Shown here one piece after another: positions 20,913 through 32,301 of a DNA stretch of 64,000 bases. The stretch spans positions 1-64,000 of the IMG/VR virus record IMGVR_UViG_3300023083_000001; one strand, written 5' to 3'. A program made the translations under genes and the position numbers. Positions within the stretch are counted from its first letter, which is position 1; every line of letters starts with the position of its first letter. Below the pieces are notes generated by a model. It saw only the letters and a program-made list of their open reading frames with translations, made no database searches and had not been told where the DNA came from.

Positions 20913-21324
20913 TACGTTAGGTAGTCGTATCAAGTATCTGCGCAACAAGAATGGCCTGACCCAAGAACAATTGGCTAAGGCTATCAAAGCTAGCACATAC
21001 TCGATCTCATCGTGGGAAAGTGATCGGATACGCCCGAGAACAATCAACCGCTTGGCAAGCTTCTTCAAGGTGCCGATGTGGTGGATCTTTCAGGGCGGGG
21101 AGTTACCCGCAGTGTTCGACAGTGTTAACTGCCGTAACGATCCGGCTGCAATTATCAAACAACTGTACCGTACGTTGGCTAAGCGAGCGATCGTTGAACT
21201 GACACGTGCTGGGGTTGAGCCAACTCCCCAAGAACTCACTCAGTTCAGTAAAGAATTGAGTGCTAAGACAGACCTGGAAATCAAACGTTTATTGAAACTG
21301 GAGAGTTGTCGTGTCAAAGACTAA
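20905..21324 (+). CDS. XRE-family HTH transcriptional regulator
   Basis: LGSRIKYLRNKNGLTQEQLAKAIKASTYSISSWE. Confidence 0.85.
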   Translation: MTDTLGSRIKYLRNKNGLTQEQLAKAIKASTYSISSWESDRIRPRTINRLASFFKVPMWWIFQGGELPAVFDSVNCRNDPAAIIKQLYRTLAKRAIVELTRAGVEPTPQELTQFSKELSAKTDLEIKRLLKLESCRVKD

Positions 21325-21859
21325 ATTTGGTTTGATCGTAGCTTCTACACCCAAAGGTGAGATTGGTTTTCAGAACACCATCCCTTGGCGCCTTAAGGGT
21401 GATCTGGCACGCTTCAAAGCGTTGACTCTTAATCAGGTCATTATCCACGGTCGTAAGACGCTGGAGTCTCTTCCAGGTGGTCAACCACTTGCAGGGCGCT
21501 ACACGATCATCCTGAGCAAGACCCTCAAGCCTGGTGCGTTGGATAATGAACTGTACGGCACCAGTGTGCAGGTGGTGGGTACCATTGAAGAAGCCATCGC
21601 CATGGCTGAGCACTACTTCCATTCCGACTGGGCTTACTTCGTGGGTGGGGCAGAGGTTTACGAAGAAGCGTTGAAGTTCGTGACAGTGGCTCACGTGACC
21701 ATGGTGTATCTCGAATGTTACGAGTACGACACCAAGATCAAGAACTTCACTTTCCCTGACCAGATCTGGGAAGGTACTTACCCGGAAGATCAACCTGCTC
21801 TCAAGGCAGATGGGTCAGCGCCTGGGTTTGCGTTCATTGATTATAAACGCAGGCAGTAA
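21311..21859 (+). CDS. folA: dihydrofolate reductase
   Basis: IGFQNTIPWRLKGDLARFKALT, GRKTLESLP, VGGAEVY. Confidence 0.95.
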   Translation: MSKTKFGLIVASTPKGEIGFQNTIPWRLKGDLARFKALTLNQVIIHGRKTLESLPGGQPLAGRYTIILSKTLKPGALDNELYGTSVQVVGTIEEAIAMAEHYFHSDWAYFVGGAEVYEEALKFVTVAHVTMVYLECYEYDTKIKNFTFPDQIWEGTYPEDQPALKADGSAPGFAFIDYKRRQ

Positions 21860-22419
21860 TAAGGAGACACCACTTGAAAGGAATATTTCTGTGGGACGGA
21901 AAACGCGCTGAGGACGGGGGTCTTTTTCAGATAGCGACCGTTTCAATGGAGAGACTTGACAAGGCAGGGTTGTGGAACTTGCCGACATGTACGACAGGTG
22001 ATGGCATTAAGGCGATTGATCTTAAGATCTTCATCGTACGTGTAGGTCGGATTATTGGCGGTGAAGCCACGATAAAGAACAGGGTGGAGATTGTCCGCGC
22101 CTTGTCTCAATATCGGTATTTAAAATGGGGTAAAGAATGACTATGCAGTCTTACGTTTGGACCAGCTTGCTGATCACTGTAGCCGCCGCGTTGTTTTATT
22201 GGTTGCTCAATTGGTGGTTACATCGTGCAAAGAAATACCCGGTGGAGTTCAAAGGATGGAAGGGGTTCTTGCGTTGGGGTAAGTTACTGCGTTGGAACAT
22301 GATGTTAGTTGCAGTGTTTGTACTGGTGATACAGTTTGCAGTCATGCCAGAGCAAGTCAAACATCGCGTTGAAGTCAGCAACACGTCACTGTCTAAAATC
22401 TTTCTATAAAGGAGCTGTA

Positions 22420-22902
22420 ATGCCTAAAGTAGCCTGGGTACCAAAAGAAGCCGCTAAAAAGATTACTGTTCCCACCAACGTCATCAGCATCCGCGGTCCT
22501 TACGACAGCTACCCGACGTTTGCTGTAAAACACAAGCGCGTGCTGAGCCTGAGCTTCAATCCGTTTGATACTCACCAGTCGGAGAGTATGAAGGAGAAGG
22601 AGTTCACACCAGCACTTTGCCGTGAAGTCTTCGCGTTCATGGAAAGCTGTCAGGGTGAAGACATCCTGGTTCACTGTGGTGAGGGTCGTATCCGTTCACC
22701 AGCGGTTGCCTTCTTCATCGCCGAAGCTTACGACCGTACCGACGAACCCGTTGGCGGTAGCTGGACTCCAGACTTCAAACACCCTGATCGCAAGTTCTCA
22801 GATGCCGGCATGGACCGTCAACTGTGGCGTATGCTCAAGCGTGAATGGCAACTTTATAACGAAGAGAAGAAGGAACAACATGAGCTTCCTGACCAATCCT
22901 GA
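22420..22902 (+). CDS. protein-tyrosine/dual-specificity phosphatase-like
   Basis: VHCGEGRIRS CX5R motif; GGAG RBS. Confidence 0.8.
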   Translation: MPKVAWVPKEAAKKITVPTNVISIRGPYDSYPTFAVKHKRVLSLSFNPFDTHQSESMKEKEFTPALCREVFAFMESCQGEDILVHCGEGRIRSPAVAFFIAEAYDRTDEPVGGSWTPDFKHPDRKFSDAGMDRQLWRMLKREWQLYNEEKKEQHELPDQS

Positions 22903-23461
22903 CGGCAGTCGGTTGGTAGTGTATCGCGGTGAACATGGGTCTTACGCTGGTAAGGCCTTTCATACCCGCAGCGCAACTCTCTACTTTTCAGACGTAGAGG
23001 CTGCTAACTATTACGCTATGCACCCAAACAACCGCAACGAGTTTGCCGAACAACCCCGTGTCATTCCAGCGTATCTGAAAATGTCCAAGCCCTTCATCAA
23101 TACTCCGTTGGATTCGTTCATCGAACTGTCGGAAGTAGAGCAGAAACTTGGTACGGCTGAAGCCAAACGAATTGCCTGTAAGTTTGCTTACTGGGTCAAG
23201 GCTACCGATAACTGGCAGTTCACTATCAACCCGGACGAACACTGGCACGGTGTGGCTGAATACCTCTACCACAACAAAGATGGACTCAAGCACTTGTTCT
23301 TCCAGGCGTATCCTTTCTTTGCGGATGAGCGAGAAGTCAATCGTTTGAAGCGCCAGGGTTATGACGGGGCTATCCATGCGGGTACCGGTATGGCGACCGC
23401 TAACCGTACTGAGTATTGTGTGTTCAATCACAAACAAGCTGTTCCCATCTTCACAGCGTAA
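22880..23461 (+). CDS. ADP-ribosyltransferase-fold protein (ART-PolyVal-like)
   Basis: PDGSRLVVYRG, LYFSD...A..YA, VIPAYLKMSKPF, LKRQGYDGAI, EYCVF...Q. Confidence 0.65.
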   Translation: MSFLTNPDGSRLVVYRGEHGSYAGKAFHTRSATLYFSDVEAANYYAMHPNNRNEFAEQPRVIPAYLKMSKPFINTPLDSFIELSEVEQKLGTAEAKRIACKFAYWVKATDNWQFTINPDEHWHGVAEYLYHNKDGLKHLFFQAYPFFADEREVNRLKRQGYDGAIHAGTGMATANRTEYCVFNHKQAVPIFTA

Positions 23462-23892
23462 ACGGTTACAGTTATACATCACAGACACGTACCCCACATC
23501 TGTTGGGCTATTTACCTCTATAAGGAATTACCATGCTCTTGAGTATCAAACTTGATCGCGATCAATCTGGCCACATCTCAGAATTAGCCAGTGAAGTAGA
23601 CCGTAAGAAGATCTGTCCAATGGACACCATTTTCACAGGTTTGATCCCGGTCTCCGTGCGTAATAAATCGAACAAGGTTACTAATCAGGAAACCCTGATC
23701 TGCGACCCTACTAAGATCGACTTCGGTCGACGCGAGTACCGTGTACTCGCACGCGGCCAGACACGTCCTAAAGCGACGATCGTCATCGACATGAATACTG
23801 GTCGCTTCGAAGTGACAGTCGCTCCTGAAGAGCGTAAGCGGGCCCTGTCAGCTGAGTTTGAGATCTCCACGAAGACGCCTAAGAAGGCAACG

Positions 23893-23926
23893 GCATAACA
23901 CGCCCGGCCTAGTGCCGGGCTGTATG
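23893..23926. repeat. dispersed CATA-GC hairpin-TATG element
   Basis: GCATAACACGCCCGGCCTAGTGCCGGGCTGTATG. Confidence 0.85.
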
Positions 23927-26123
23927 TTGTAAATTCTGATTTTAGGTCTGTATGGTTTGAATAAACTTGCAGGCGTCAAACATGAAGAAGAGTAACCTCT
24001 GGGTCCAATACGGCATTGTCGTCCTGGTACTCGCTGTCTTTACAGTCATCGTTTGCACCATCCGCGCGATGAATGACCATTATCATTTCTATTAAGAAGA
24101 GAAGCAGTATGATCATTAAATCCTTGGGCGCTATGCAAGACTTCGTCAAACTCTGGGACAGCTTGATCGACAAGCCCGATCTGGAGTTTGTTTCCTTGAA
24201 AGGTATCCAAATCGCCGAAGCGGTCGCACTGAGCAAGATGCCCGTGACGTTGACAGGTACTTCGGCTCGTGGGATTCGCTTCGCGGGTCAGTATCATGAG
24301 GAGTACGTCATCGTCCATGGCGAGTACGGTTACCTCGTCATGCGTACCACGGCCGATAATAAGGTCGTACTGGAAAAGTCCACCAGCTATGTATTCAAAG
24401 ATGCACACGCGTCAGCTACTGTTCGTATGGACGAGCTTGCAAGCGCATGTCTGCTGACCGGGTTGAAAATCCCTACTCTGATGCATTGGTACGATTCGGT
24501 GTACCGCAAGGTGTCCGGTAAGCATGTAAGTCAGAACTTCTGTCCGTTCAAGTCGCTCGACAAGTCGGCGGCAATGATTGTTCCGGGTCTGGTGCAGTTG
24601 ATGAAAATCAAATACCCGGAAGAAACGATCAGCGCAGATAACTATCTGCCGATCATGCACACAACCGCCCAACGTGTTCATCACGCGATGTCATAACCTT
24701 AGAGGTGTCAGATGTCCTTCACCGATGCTAAAGTAAGTCAGCTCAAATGTACCCGCAGTAAAGGCGACTGGTTTGCTGAACTCGATGGGCAGCGTGTGGG
24801 AATCGATTGGGATGAACCAATCTACGACCACGACTGGGATTATCATTACCAAGGCGTCAATGGGAAGTTGGTGTTCCTGGAGATCCACGATGGGGATGAT
24901 CCTTACTTCAGCTCTCAGAAGGACGCTGACAAACAACTGATGCACTCATTGAACCTGGATCCAAGTCAGGAGTTCATCCGCCACATGTACGCGTTCGTGG
25001 GAGATGAAGAAGTTAATCTGGGCGACATCATCGTCAAGGAGTAGTAATGTTTCGCCTGATGAAAAACTATAAACGCAGCGTCATCGATCGCGAGGAGCTG
25101 TACGCTCGTATTGAAGAGGCGTATGCGGAACTCAAAGACATCTATTCAGAAGAACGTATTGCCAGGTCTACACGACTGACGATTCAGACTTCGGCATCAG
25201 ATGCGCTGGACATCGCGTGCGGTATGGCTAACGACTGCACGCGGTTTGCTGAAACAACCTTACGCTACATGTGGTTGGATATTTTCTTCTATCCAGGTAT
25301 CAAAGCTAAATCCGATAACGCCCGCAAGATGGCATTCCAAGCTAACGTGTACGTCAATCGTACATCTGCACTGCTGGAAGCTGCCATGGGTAAACCAATC
25401 AAACCTAAACTCACGGTGGTAAAGAATGAACGCATTGGCTAACAACGAACAACTCCTGTCCCTCAAGAAATCCCTGCCAGTCACCCAAGCTGCCGCACCG
25501 ACCTACAAAGACGTGCAAGTCGGCGAAGTCTACAAGACCGAGCGTTACAAGATCGAAAGCACGGTCGTGGTTGTTGAAGTCAAGAAGGACCAGCTCAAGC
25601 TCAAGCGTGACCCTACGGCCAAGGACTCGTTCACCGAATCCCGTGCTCGCTTCGACAAGTTCTACAAGAAGGTACGCTAACATGGCAGCGTACATGACCG
25701 TGTACCATCCTGAGCGGGAAATCAACGAGCACGATGTTGCGCGGTACATGTCGCTGCATCCGTACTTCTCGACGTTGAAGAATGTTGATACGTCCTTGAA
25801 AGGAGCCTGCTCTCAACTCGGGGGCTTCTTCATGACGGTCTTGCAGTTTAATGACGTCCCAGCTGACGAACGGTCTACGATGCATTGCATCTTTGACTTC
25901 GCTGAACCGTTTGACTTCAAGAAGTTCAAACCTCAGCTGGACTACGCACTCAGCTACTGGTTCAGGCTTAACCTGATCGACCGGCCTGAGTACGAAGTGC
26001 TTCTGGGTAACCCTACGATGTTCATGATCGACCTGTACGGCATCAAGGTTGCTCAGGTGACCTTGGACGCCATGACAGTAGTTCACGACACTCCGGCTAA
26101 AACGCTACACTGAGGTATGGGTC

Positions 26124-26468
26124 ATGCAAGATAAAGCACAAGCAGTCTTTGACGTGTTAGTTCAGGCTGCTCGTGAGACGAGGACGGTGGTAGTTTCAGA
26201 CCTCGTTCAAACGTGTGGGTTTCCTAGTGCAACTAACAACATCACTTTAGATGCATTGGGTGAGGTTCACCAGCACTGCATCGATAATGGATTACCTTTC
26301 CTGTTATCGTTGCTGGTCGGTAAAGGTAAGTACGGCGATCGACACATGGTGTCGATCTTTTGGGGGCTCTATAAAGGAGGTATCTACGCCAAGCGCGTGG
26401 ACCACTTCAAGTTGAGTCTGGTCTTGAAACTTCGCGAAGATGTCTACATTCATTACTGCAAGGATTGA
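26124..26468 (+). CDS. winged-helix-like protein, paralog of 27901 and 46737 genes
   Basis: L..AA....TV...DL...G...ALGEV..HC...GLP.L..LLV. Confidence 0.6.
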   Translation: MQDKAQAVFDVLVQAARETRTVVVSDLVQTCGFPSATNNITLDALGEVHQHCIDNGLPFLLSLLVGKGKYGDRHMVSIFWGLYKGGIYAKRVDHFKLSLVLKLREDVYIHYCKD

Positions 26469-26471
26469 CGT

Positions 26472-27836
26472 ATGGATTTCGTTAACTGGCTTAAAGATCA
26501 ATACGGTGTACTCAACGCAATGTCGCCGATTGCTGGTGGTGTGGTACTTGCGAGTTTGATGGGTCTGATCTACGCGACTTTGCGTGGATTGCCAAAGGTT
26601 ATCTATACGGCAACCTTGAATCAGTGCATTACCAGCCTCACGTTCACCAACGCTGGGGCATGGACTGAAGAGCGTGTGGGTTTCACCTCCTTCATGGGTT
26701 GGTTTATTTCCAACAAGTGGTCAAGGCATTCCAGAAACATCAGCATGGTTACGGTCGGCGATAACGTCGTCTTTGGTCCTGGGAATGGCCGCCACTTCTT
26801 CTTCTACAAAGGTAAGCTCTTCTGGTTCAATAAAGAAGCGCTTGCCAGCAGCGGTACGCATGTCGAGAAAGAACGCATCACTATCGTGACCTTTGGCCGT
26901 GATCAGGAAAAGCTCAAAGAGATCGTGAAGTCGTTCATGCCCAAACCTGAAGACGGTAAGCCTCGGGTCTATACGTTCACTCACGACAACAATTGGCAGT
27001 ATCTGTGCACTATCCCACGTCGTGACTTGTCTACAGTGGTGATCGACAAGGAAACCAAAGCTCATCTGGTCAAGAAGCTCGAGGAGTTCGCTGCTAGCGA
27101 AGAATGGTTTAAATCCAAAGGCTTAGCCTGGAAGTTGACCGTGATCCTGCACGGTGTTCCAGGTACCGGGAAGACCAGCCTAGTCAAGGCACTTGCTAGT
27201 CACTACGGGAAGAACATTGCCTCGCTCAATATCTCTGGCGTGTCTGACGCTCAGTTTGAGAAAGCGGTGAGTAGTCTGCCGGAGAATACGTGGTTGTTGG
27301 TTGAAGACTTCGACAGCGCCAATGCAGTCAAGTCTCGTGGCCTGAGCCGTAAAGCACCTGCGCCAACACCCGGAAAAGAAATTGTAGCACCGGCAAGTGA
27401 CGGCATCAAACCAGCAGCACCCGTTAAGAAAATGGATGCGGTGGATAGTCTGATCGAGGAGTTCACTCGTCTGTCTCTGACCAAGGTGCTCAATACGCTG
27501 GATGGCATTGTGAGTCTGGATAATTCGGTGATCTGGCTGACCACTAACGCTCTGGACCGTATCGATGAAGCAGTGACTCGTAAGGGTCGAGTGGACCACA
27601 TCTGGGAGATCAAACTCCTGGAAGACCCTGAAGTGCGCGAATACATCAACATGGTGTTCCCTGATCACGAGATCAAGAACCCAGGCAAGTTCTCTCAAAT
27701 CGCAGGCTGTGACTTACAGGCATTGTTCCTGGAAGAGCGATTTGACTCGGCAGCATTTGAACAATCGATTCCGAAAGAGTTCAGAGCGCCGTTTGTCCAC
27801 TCGGTCAACAGTAACACGCATTTGTACCAATCCTAG
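26472..27836 (+). CDS. BCS1-like membrane-anchored AAA ATPase
   Basis: N-terminal TM, BCS1_N-like FGPGNGRHFFFYKGKLFW..ERITIVTFGRD; GVPGTGKTS, LLVEDFD, LNTLDG, RKGRVD. Confidence 0.85.
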   Translation: MDFVNWLKDQYGVLNAMSPIAGGVVLASLMGLIYATLRGLPKVIYTATLNQCITSLTFTNAGAWTEERVGFTSFMGWFISNKWSRHSRNISMVTVGDNVVFGPGNGRHFFFYKGKLFWFNKEALASSGTHVEKERITIVTFGRDQEKLKEIVKSFMPKPEDGKPRVYTFTHDNNWQYLCTIPRRDLSTVVIDKETKAHLVKKLEEFAASEEWFKSKGLAWKLTVILHGVPGTGKTSLVKALASHYGKNIASLNISGVSDAQFEKAVSSLPENTWLLVEDFDSANAVKSRGLSRKAPAPTPGKEIVAPASDGIKPAAPVKKMDAVDSLIEEFTRLSLTKVLNTLDGIVSLDNSVIWLTTNALDRIDEAVTRKGRVDHIWEIKLLEDPEVREYINMVFPDHEIKNPGKFSQIAGCDLQALFLEERFDSAAFEQSIPKEFRAPFVHSVNSNTHLYQS

Positions 27837-27900
27837 TTCACCCCACCGCCGACATCCCGTCGGCGTACTACTCACTCCACACGGAGTAAGGAAAAGCCAC

Positions 27901-28899
27901 ATGGCTACCATTTATGATGCACAGGTTCCCAAAAGCTGGATCGCACCAAATGTCAACGCCGACATCCTCACGTACTTGGTGTCGTGCGCTGCGAACAACC
28001 TCACGGTTACTTATCGAGACGTACAATCCAAAGTTAGGTACCATTTAGCAAATACCCTTGACGACTCTAAAATCATCATCACCACCAACGTCGCCTTGAC
28101 CAGCATCTTCGATTGGTGTATGAAGAAAGAATGGCCTCCTCTGACCTGTTTGATCGCGCGCAGTTCGGGTGAAGATAAAGGCCTACCTGCACGCAGGTTC
28201 TGGGAAATGTTAGACCAAACTAATTACGTCCAGGACTTTTATTCCGAAACGTCCTTGGTGGATGCGCCTAAAGAGATCCGTGAACTCTGCACGCGTTATT
28301 TACAGCAGCGGTGTTTCAACTATTTCGCAGGACTGAAAGTTACATCGGCCGCTTTGGTTACTCAGCAAGGTTCGACCGTAACGCCAGATACCCCAGCTGA
28401 ATCGTCAGACCTCCCCATCACCAGAAACTGGCTCCATAACCGCGCCTCGCAAGAGTACGGATATCACCAGTTGACGGACGATGATAAAGAACGGATAGCT
28501 AAAAGGTTCGTTGGGGAAACATGCAGTTTTTTCGAAACGTTTATCGAGCGAGTTAATGTTAAAAATAGGGTAAATGACGCCAATCCCAAGCGGGCTTGGT
28601 TAGAGGTTCTAGACGGTTATTGTCCCCTGGTGAATCAAGCTCCTATAAACGACACGACCAAAGTTCTCGGCACTATCCTAACGCTACCTGGGTTCAATGA
28701 TCTCAGTCACACTGTACAGGCTGAGATCAAAACGCACTTCGGGCGCATTCACGACGATATCCAGTCGGATATTAACCAGTTCGTTGAAGCCGTGAAACGT
28801 GACCAGAGCGTTTACTGTCATTTAGGTGGTATGTCGCTCTCTGACGTAATCCTTTACCTGTTCGCCAAGATCAGCGTCGAGTTTAACCGTTCACTGTAA
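27901..28899 (+). CDS. winged-helix-like paralog with C-terminal extension
   Basis: TVTYRDV...WC...WPPLTCLIARSSG...GLPARRFW. Confidence 0.6.
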   Translation: MATIYDAQVPKSWIAPNVNADILTYLVSCAANNLTVTYRDVQSKVRYHLANTLDDSKIIITTNVALTSIFDWCMKKEWPPLTCLIARSSGEDKGLPARRFWEMLDQTNYVQDFYSETSLVDAPKEIRELCTRYLQQRCFNYFAGLKVTSAALVTQQGSTVTPDTPAESSDLPITRNWLHNRASQEYGYHQLTDDDKERIAKRFVGETCSFFETFIERVNVKNRVNDANPKRAWLEVLDGYCPLVNQAPINDTTKVLGTILTLPGFNDLSHTVQAEIKTHFGRIHDDIQSDINQFVEAVKRDQSVYCHLGGMSLSDVILYLFAKISVEFNRSL

Positions 28900-29691
28900 C
28901 GACACACAGCCGGGGAGAAATCCCCGGCCTTATTTCCTTTAGGAGTAGTTGCATGACCGATAAGAAAATGCCTGAATGGAACGACACCAACATTCAGAAA
29001 GCTTTGATCATGACCGGTGGTACACCGGATCAACAAGTTGAAGCGCGTGAGTTCCTCAGCCATTACCTGCTACCGGATCCTGATCGCTTTAAGCCCTACA
29101 TGAACTTGTACTTGCTCAATAAAACAAACCACGCCATGTGCAAGTTCAACCGCATGGTCGTAGCCGCTCCAAATGAAGAGGTCGCCCGTACAATCAGACC
29201 CACGCATCGGGATGATGACGACAATTCCGATTCATACTTCAATAAGAACAATGATCCCACTCGCTTTACCGATGAAGATTTGTTGTCACGGGGTTTCGGC
29301 GAACATGATTACTGGGATTGTACGCTCATCGGTAAGGGTGTTGGGAAAGAACCCAAACTCATTCTCAGTCATTACTGGCATCCGTAGGAGATTTCATGAG
29401 ACATCAATTCAAGCCGGGTGATCCGGCTATCATTACAACGGTTACCAATCCTCTCCTGATCGAAAACATCGGTAAGGTAGTTACGTTTGTGGACTGGTGC
29501 GATGACGACGGGGATCCTAAATTCGATTGCGTGATCGAAGCGTCTGACCTACTCGCTGTGAACCGTACGTCTAGAGAAGTCTGGCCTTACAGTGGGCTGG
29601 GAAGATCCCACACGTCTCGCCTCATGCGATTGTTTGACGACGATAACGACTTCAGTGATGAGGTAGTTGATCAGCGACAGCTTGTCATGGG

Positions 29692-30030
29692 ATGAGGTAC
29701 TGCCTGGAGCTTGACCAGTTCGCTAGGCAAGTGATCGCGAAGAACTTCAACATGGCTGTGCCGTGGTACCTATCGGCCAGCTATGCGTACTACAAAGAGG
29801 CTGAGTCGATTATTAGCGATGAGTTCTTTGACAGTATCTGTAGGATACTGAAAATGTATTGGTCAGCAATAGATCACCCGCACAAATACTTGATCCGGGA
29901 GGACAGTTTAGATTCTGGCACTGGTTACTATCTAGATTATGATTTATTGCCGTTGAGGACTCGCTCAGCGACACAAAGACTTATCCTGGTTGCTCAAGGT
30001 AAGATTCCGTTGTATCCCACTAAGTCCTGA
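29692..30030 (+). CDS. stand-alone NAD-ligase domain Ia-like (Nlig-Ia) protein
   Basis: YLSASYAYY...SIISDEFFDSICRIL matches the LigA domain Ia YY..D..YD motif. Confidence 0.7.
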   Translation: MRYCLELDQFARQVIAKNFNMAVPWYLSASYAYYKEAESIISDEFFDSICRILKMYWSAIDHPHKYLIREDSLDSGTGYYLDYDLLPLRTRSATQRLILVAQGKIPLYPTKS

Positions 30031-30033
30031 ACG

Positions 30034-30078
30034 ACATACAGCCCCGCCGTTTGGCGGGGCTGTATGCTCTTCTTTTTT
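30034..30078. terminator. CATA-hairpin-TATG element between convergent genes (bidirectional terminator candidate)
   Basis: CATACAGCCCCGCC-GTTT-GGCGGGGCTGTATG perfect inverted repeat plus T-run. Confidence 0.75.
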
Positions 30079-30316
30079 TATGTTGCTTTCTTGCTCTTGA
30101 CTTTACGGTCTGCATCCCATTCGTCGTATTGCTGTTGCAGGCGACCTTGAAGGCGTATGGTGCCACAGTGCCCACACTGGTCACTGCATTTGGTGCAGAC
30201 GACATGACCGCCACTCAGGATGAACTTGTTGTTAATCAACTCATCCCAAAACTGCTGAGGTAACCGGGTATTGTGATCATCGAACACCCAGTCCCAAAAC
30301 CGCTCCCACAGTTGTT

Positions 30317-30643
30317 TCATGATTTCTTCTCGCACAGACATTTTCGACAAAGACAGGTATCACCAGCGTCTGCCATCTCTGGTTTACTTTCCCGTACTAC
30401 AGTCATGCACCAACAGGTGTTAGCTGACTTACCGCCTTCCATAGCGCAGTATGCCGGGCCTTCACAGCTTGGACAGGTGTGAGTGCTAGTCTGTCCTTTA
30501 AGTTGGTTCATGAGCGCCATACGGTCGTCCACGGGTTTGTTTCTCCAGTCCTTGAGTTCATCACGGGTCCGCAGGCATCCTTTACAGATGCCATTGACTA
30601 GACCGCATTCAGAGATGCAAGGACTTACGATGGGTTGATTCAT
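30317..30643 (-). CDS. DUF1289 / cysteine-rich CWC Fe-S or Zn protein
   Basis: SPCISECGL..ICKGCLRT.DE..DW; CPSC...C...CWCM...CLCRKCL. Confidence 0.8.
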   Translation of the reverse strand: MNQPIVSPCISECGLVNGICKGCLRTRDELKDWRNKPVDDRMALMNQLKGQTSTHTCPSCEGPAYCAMEGGKSANTCWCMTVVRESKPEMADAGDTCLCRKCLCEKKS

Positions 30644-31077
30644 TCGACGGCCTGTTTATAACGTTCCCAGCCTTCACGGATGTTCGCTTCGTTAACATCA
30701 AGCGCTGGACCGTGGACGTTGGGGTTCTTGAGGTGTGCACGGGAGGTATCTTCTTCTGTCCAGACGCTGACGTCGCTACTGGATAACTCGAGTTTATACT
30801 TGACCTGTAACTGGATCAGCTCTTCAAGAAACTCGTTAACCCGTTGCTTTTCTTCTACGGTACGATCGGACATTCGATACCTCTACATTTATAACCACGG
30901 GGACTTAAAGGAGGGACCCTAAGGTCCCTCTCTAGTTGGATCAGTTGAACAATTGCTTAACGCGCAATGCGAAGAACTTCCAACGACCTTTCAAGGTCTT
31001 AGGTTTCTTCGTAGCCATTAGCAACAACTTATCCAATTCAGTGTTTTCAATCATGGACAGATTTCCTGTTAGATCGG

Positions 31078-32301
31078 TTACACGTTAGCCGCTGCGTAAG
31101 CATCGGCACGTGCAGCCAGGTCAGGTACTTCACACGCGCCGCCGGCGCAAGCTGCTGCACCCATGGTGTCGACTTCGGTGTAGGTTTCCTGAACGAGCTG
31201 GTCAGCGAAGTTGATCGGTTGCATGGAACGAGTGATGTTCTCCCACTTGTGGAGGTTGTAGACGTCCTTCAAGCAGAAGGTCATCTTCTCCAGGTTACCG
31301 CCGAAGTAGTTACCCGCAAACTTCTTGGCACGGCGTACCCAGTCGCGTGGCAGCAACAGATCAGAGTTGTCGCCAGAGATGTCGATACCCTGACCCATCA
31401 CGGTGGAGCAACCCAACCACAGGTTGTTGTTAAACGCCTCCATGCCATCAACGATCAAGCCCGATGCAAAGATCGCACCTTCGCCGTACAGGTCCATGAT
31501 TTCCTGAGCTTCCAGGACTTCAGTGAACGGAGCCTGAGCGTATGCCTTGTCGCCACTGCCAGCCATCAGACTGATACCGGCAAAGTACTGACGGTTATCA
31601 AAGATGTACTGCTCAACTTCAGCCCACGCCTCGTCGGTGTTTTCTACCGAGATGGTGTTGGAGATGTTGTGGCGGATGCGTTTATCAACCGACAGGCTGT
31701 CATCGCTACCGTGCTCGATCCAGTTCTGCTGAGCCAACTTCACGTATTCCAGTTGCTTCTTGCCCAGCAGGTCTTTCTTGAAGATAGCCGTTTCACTGGA
31801 AACGATCGGGAAGGATACAACCAACGATTTGCCGTTGCTGTCCCAGACCGACTTCTCAACCATTTTCGGGTTGAACTCTTTGATCAGCGGCAGAACGGTT
31901 TCCTGGTCAGTCATCTGCACGTTACGGAAGTAACGCTTGGAGTGTGCGCCGTGGATGCCGGAGTCAGTGCCCAGCAGGACCGAGGCATTACCCGACGGCT
32001 TGGTGGTGGTGGTACGTGGTGCGGGATTGATACCAATCAGCTTGGCAATTTTCTTGTTAGTAGCCAGTACCAACTCAGCCGCAAGCTTCATGTGTTGAGG
32101 ATCGAACAACACACCTGGTTCAGTCATCCATCCGGTGATTGAAACGCCCAACAGAGCCTCGCGCTCAGTGATCTCACGAGTAGCGTCGCCAAGGTAAGTG
32201 AAGTTAGTGTAACCAGCTTGAAGCGTACCCATGATGCCGCCAGCTTTGCTGGCTCGCAGCAGTGCCGCAAGCGTTGTGCACTGCGCGCCATTGGTTTCAG
32301 T
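31078..32301 (-). CDS. nrdJ: class II (AdoCbl-dependent, monomeric) ribonucleotide reductase, exon 2
   Basis: Begins ACT GAA ACC AAT (TETN) after the intron; LLGVSITG, TTTKPSGNAS, HNISNTI, YAQAPF, C-terminal ACAGGACE redox pair. Confidence 0.9.
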   Translation of the reverse strand, partial: TETNGAQCTTLAALLRASKAGGIMGTLQAGYTNFTYLGDATREITEREALLGVSITGWMTEPGVLFDPQHMKLAAELVLATNKKIAKLIGINPAPRTTTTKPSGNASVLLGTDSGIHGAHSKRYFRNVQMTDQETVLPLIKEFNPKMVEKSVWDSNGKSLVVSFPIVSSETAIFKKDLLGKKQLEYVKLAQQNWIEHGSDDSLSVDKRIRHNISNTISVENTDEAWAEVEQYIFDNRQYFAGISLMAGSGDKAYAQAPFTEVLEAQEIMDLYGEGAIFASGLIVDGMEAFNNNLWLGCSTVMGQGIDISGDNSDLLLPRDWVRRAKKFAGNYFGGNLEKMTFCLKDVYNLHKWENITRSMQPINFADQLVQETYTEVDTMGAAACAGGACEVPDLAARADAYAAANV

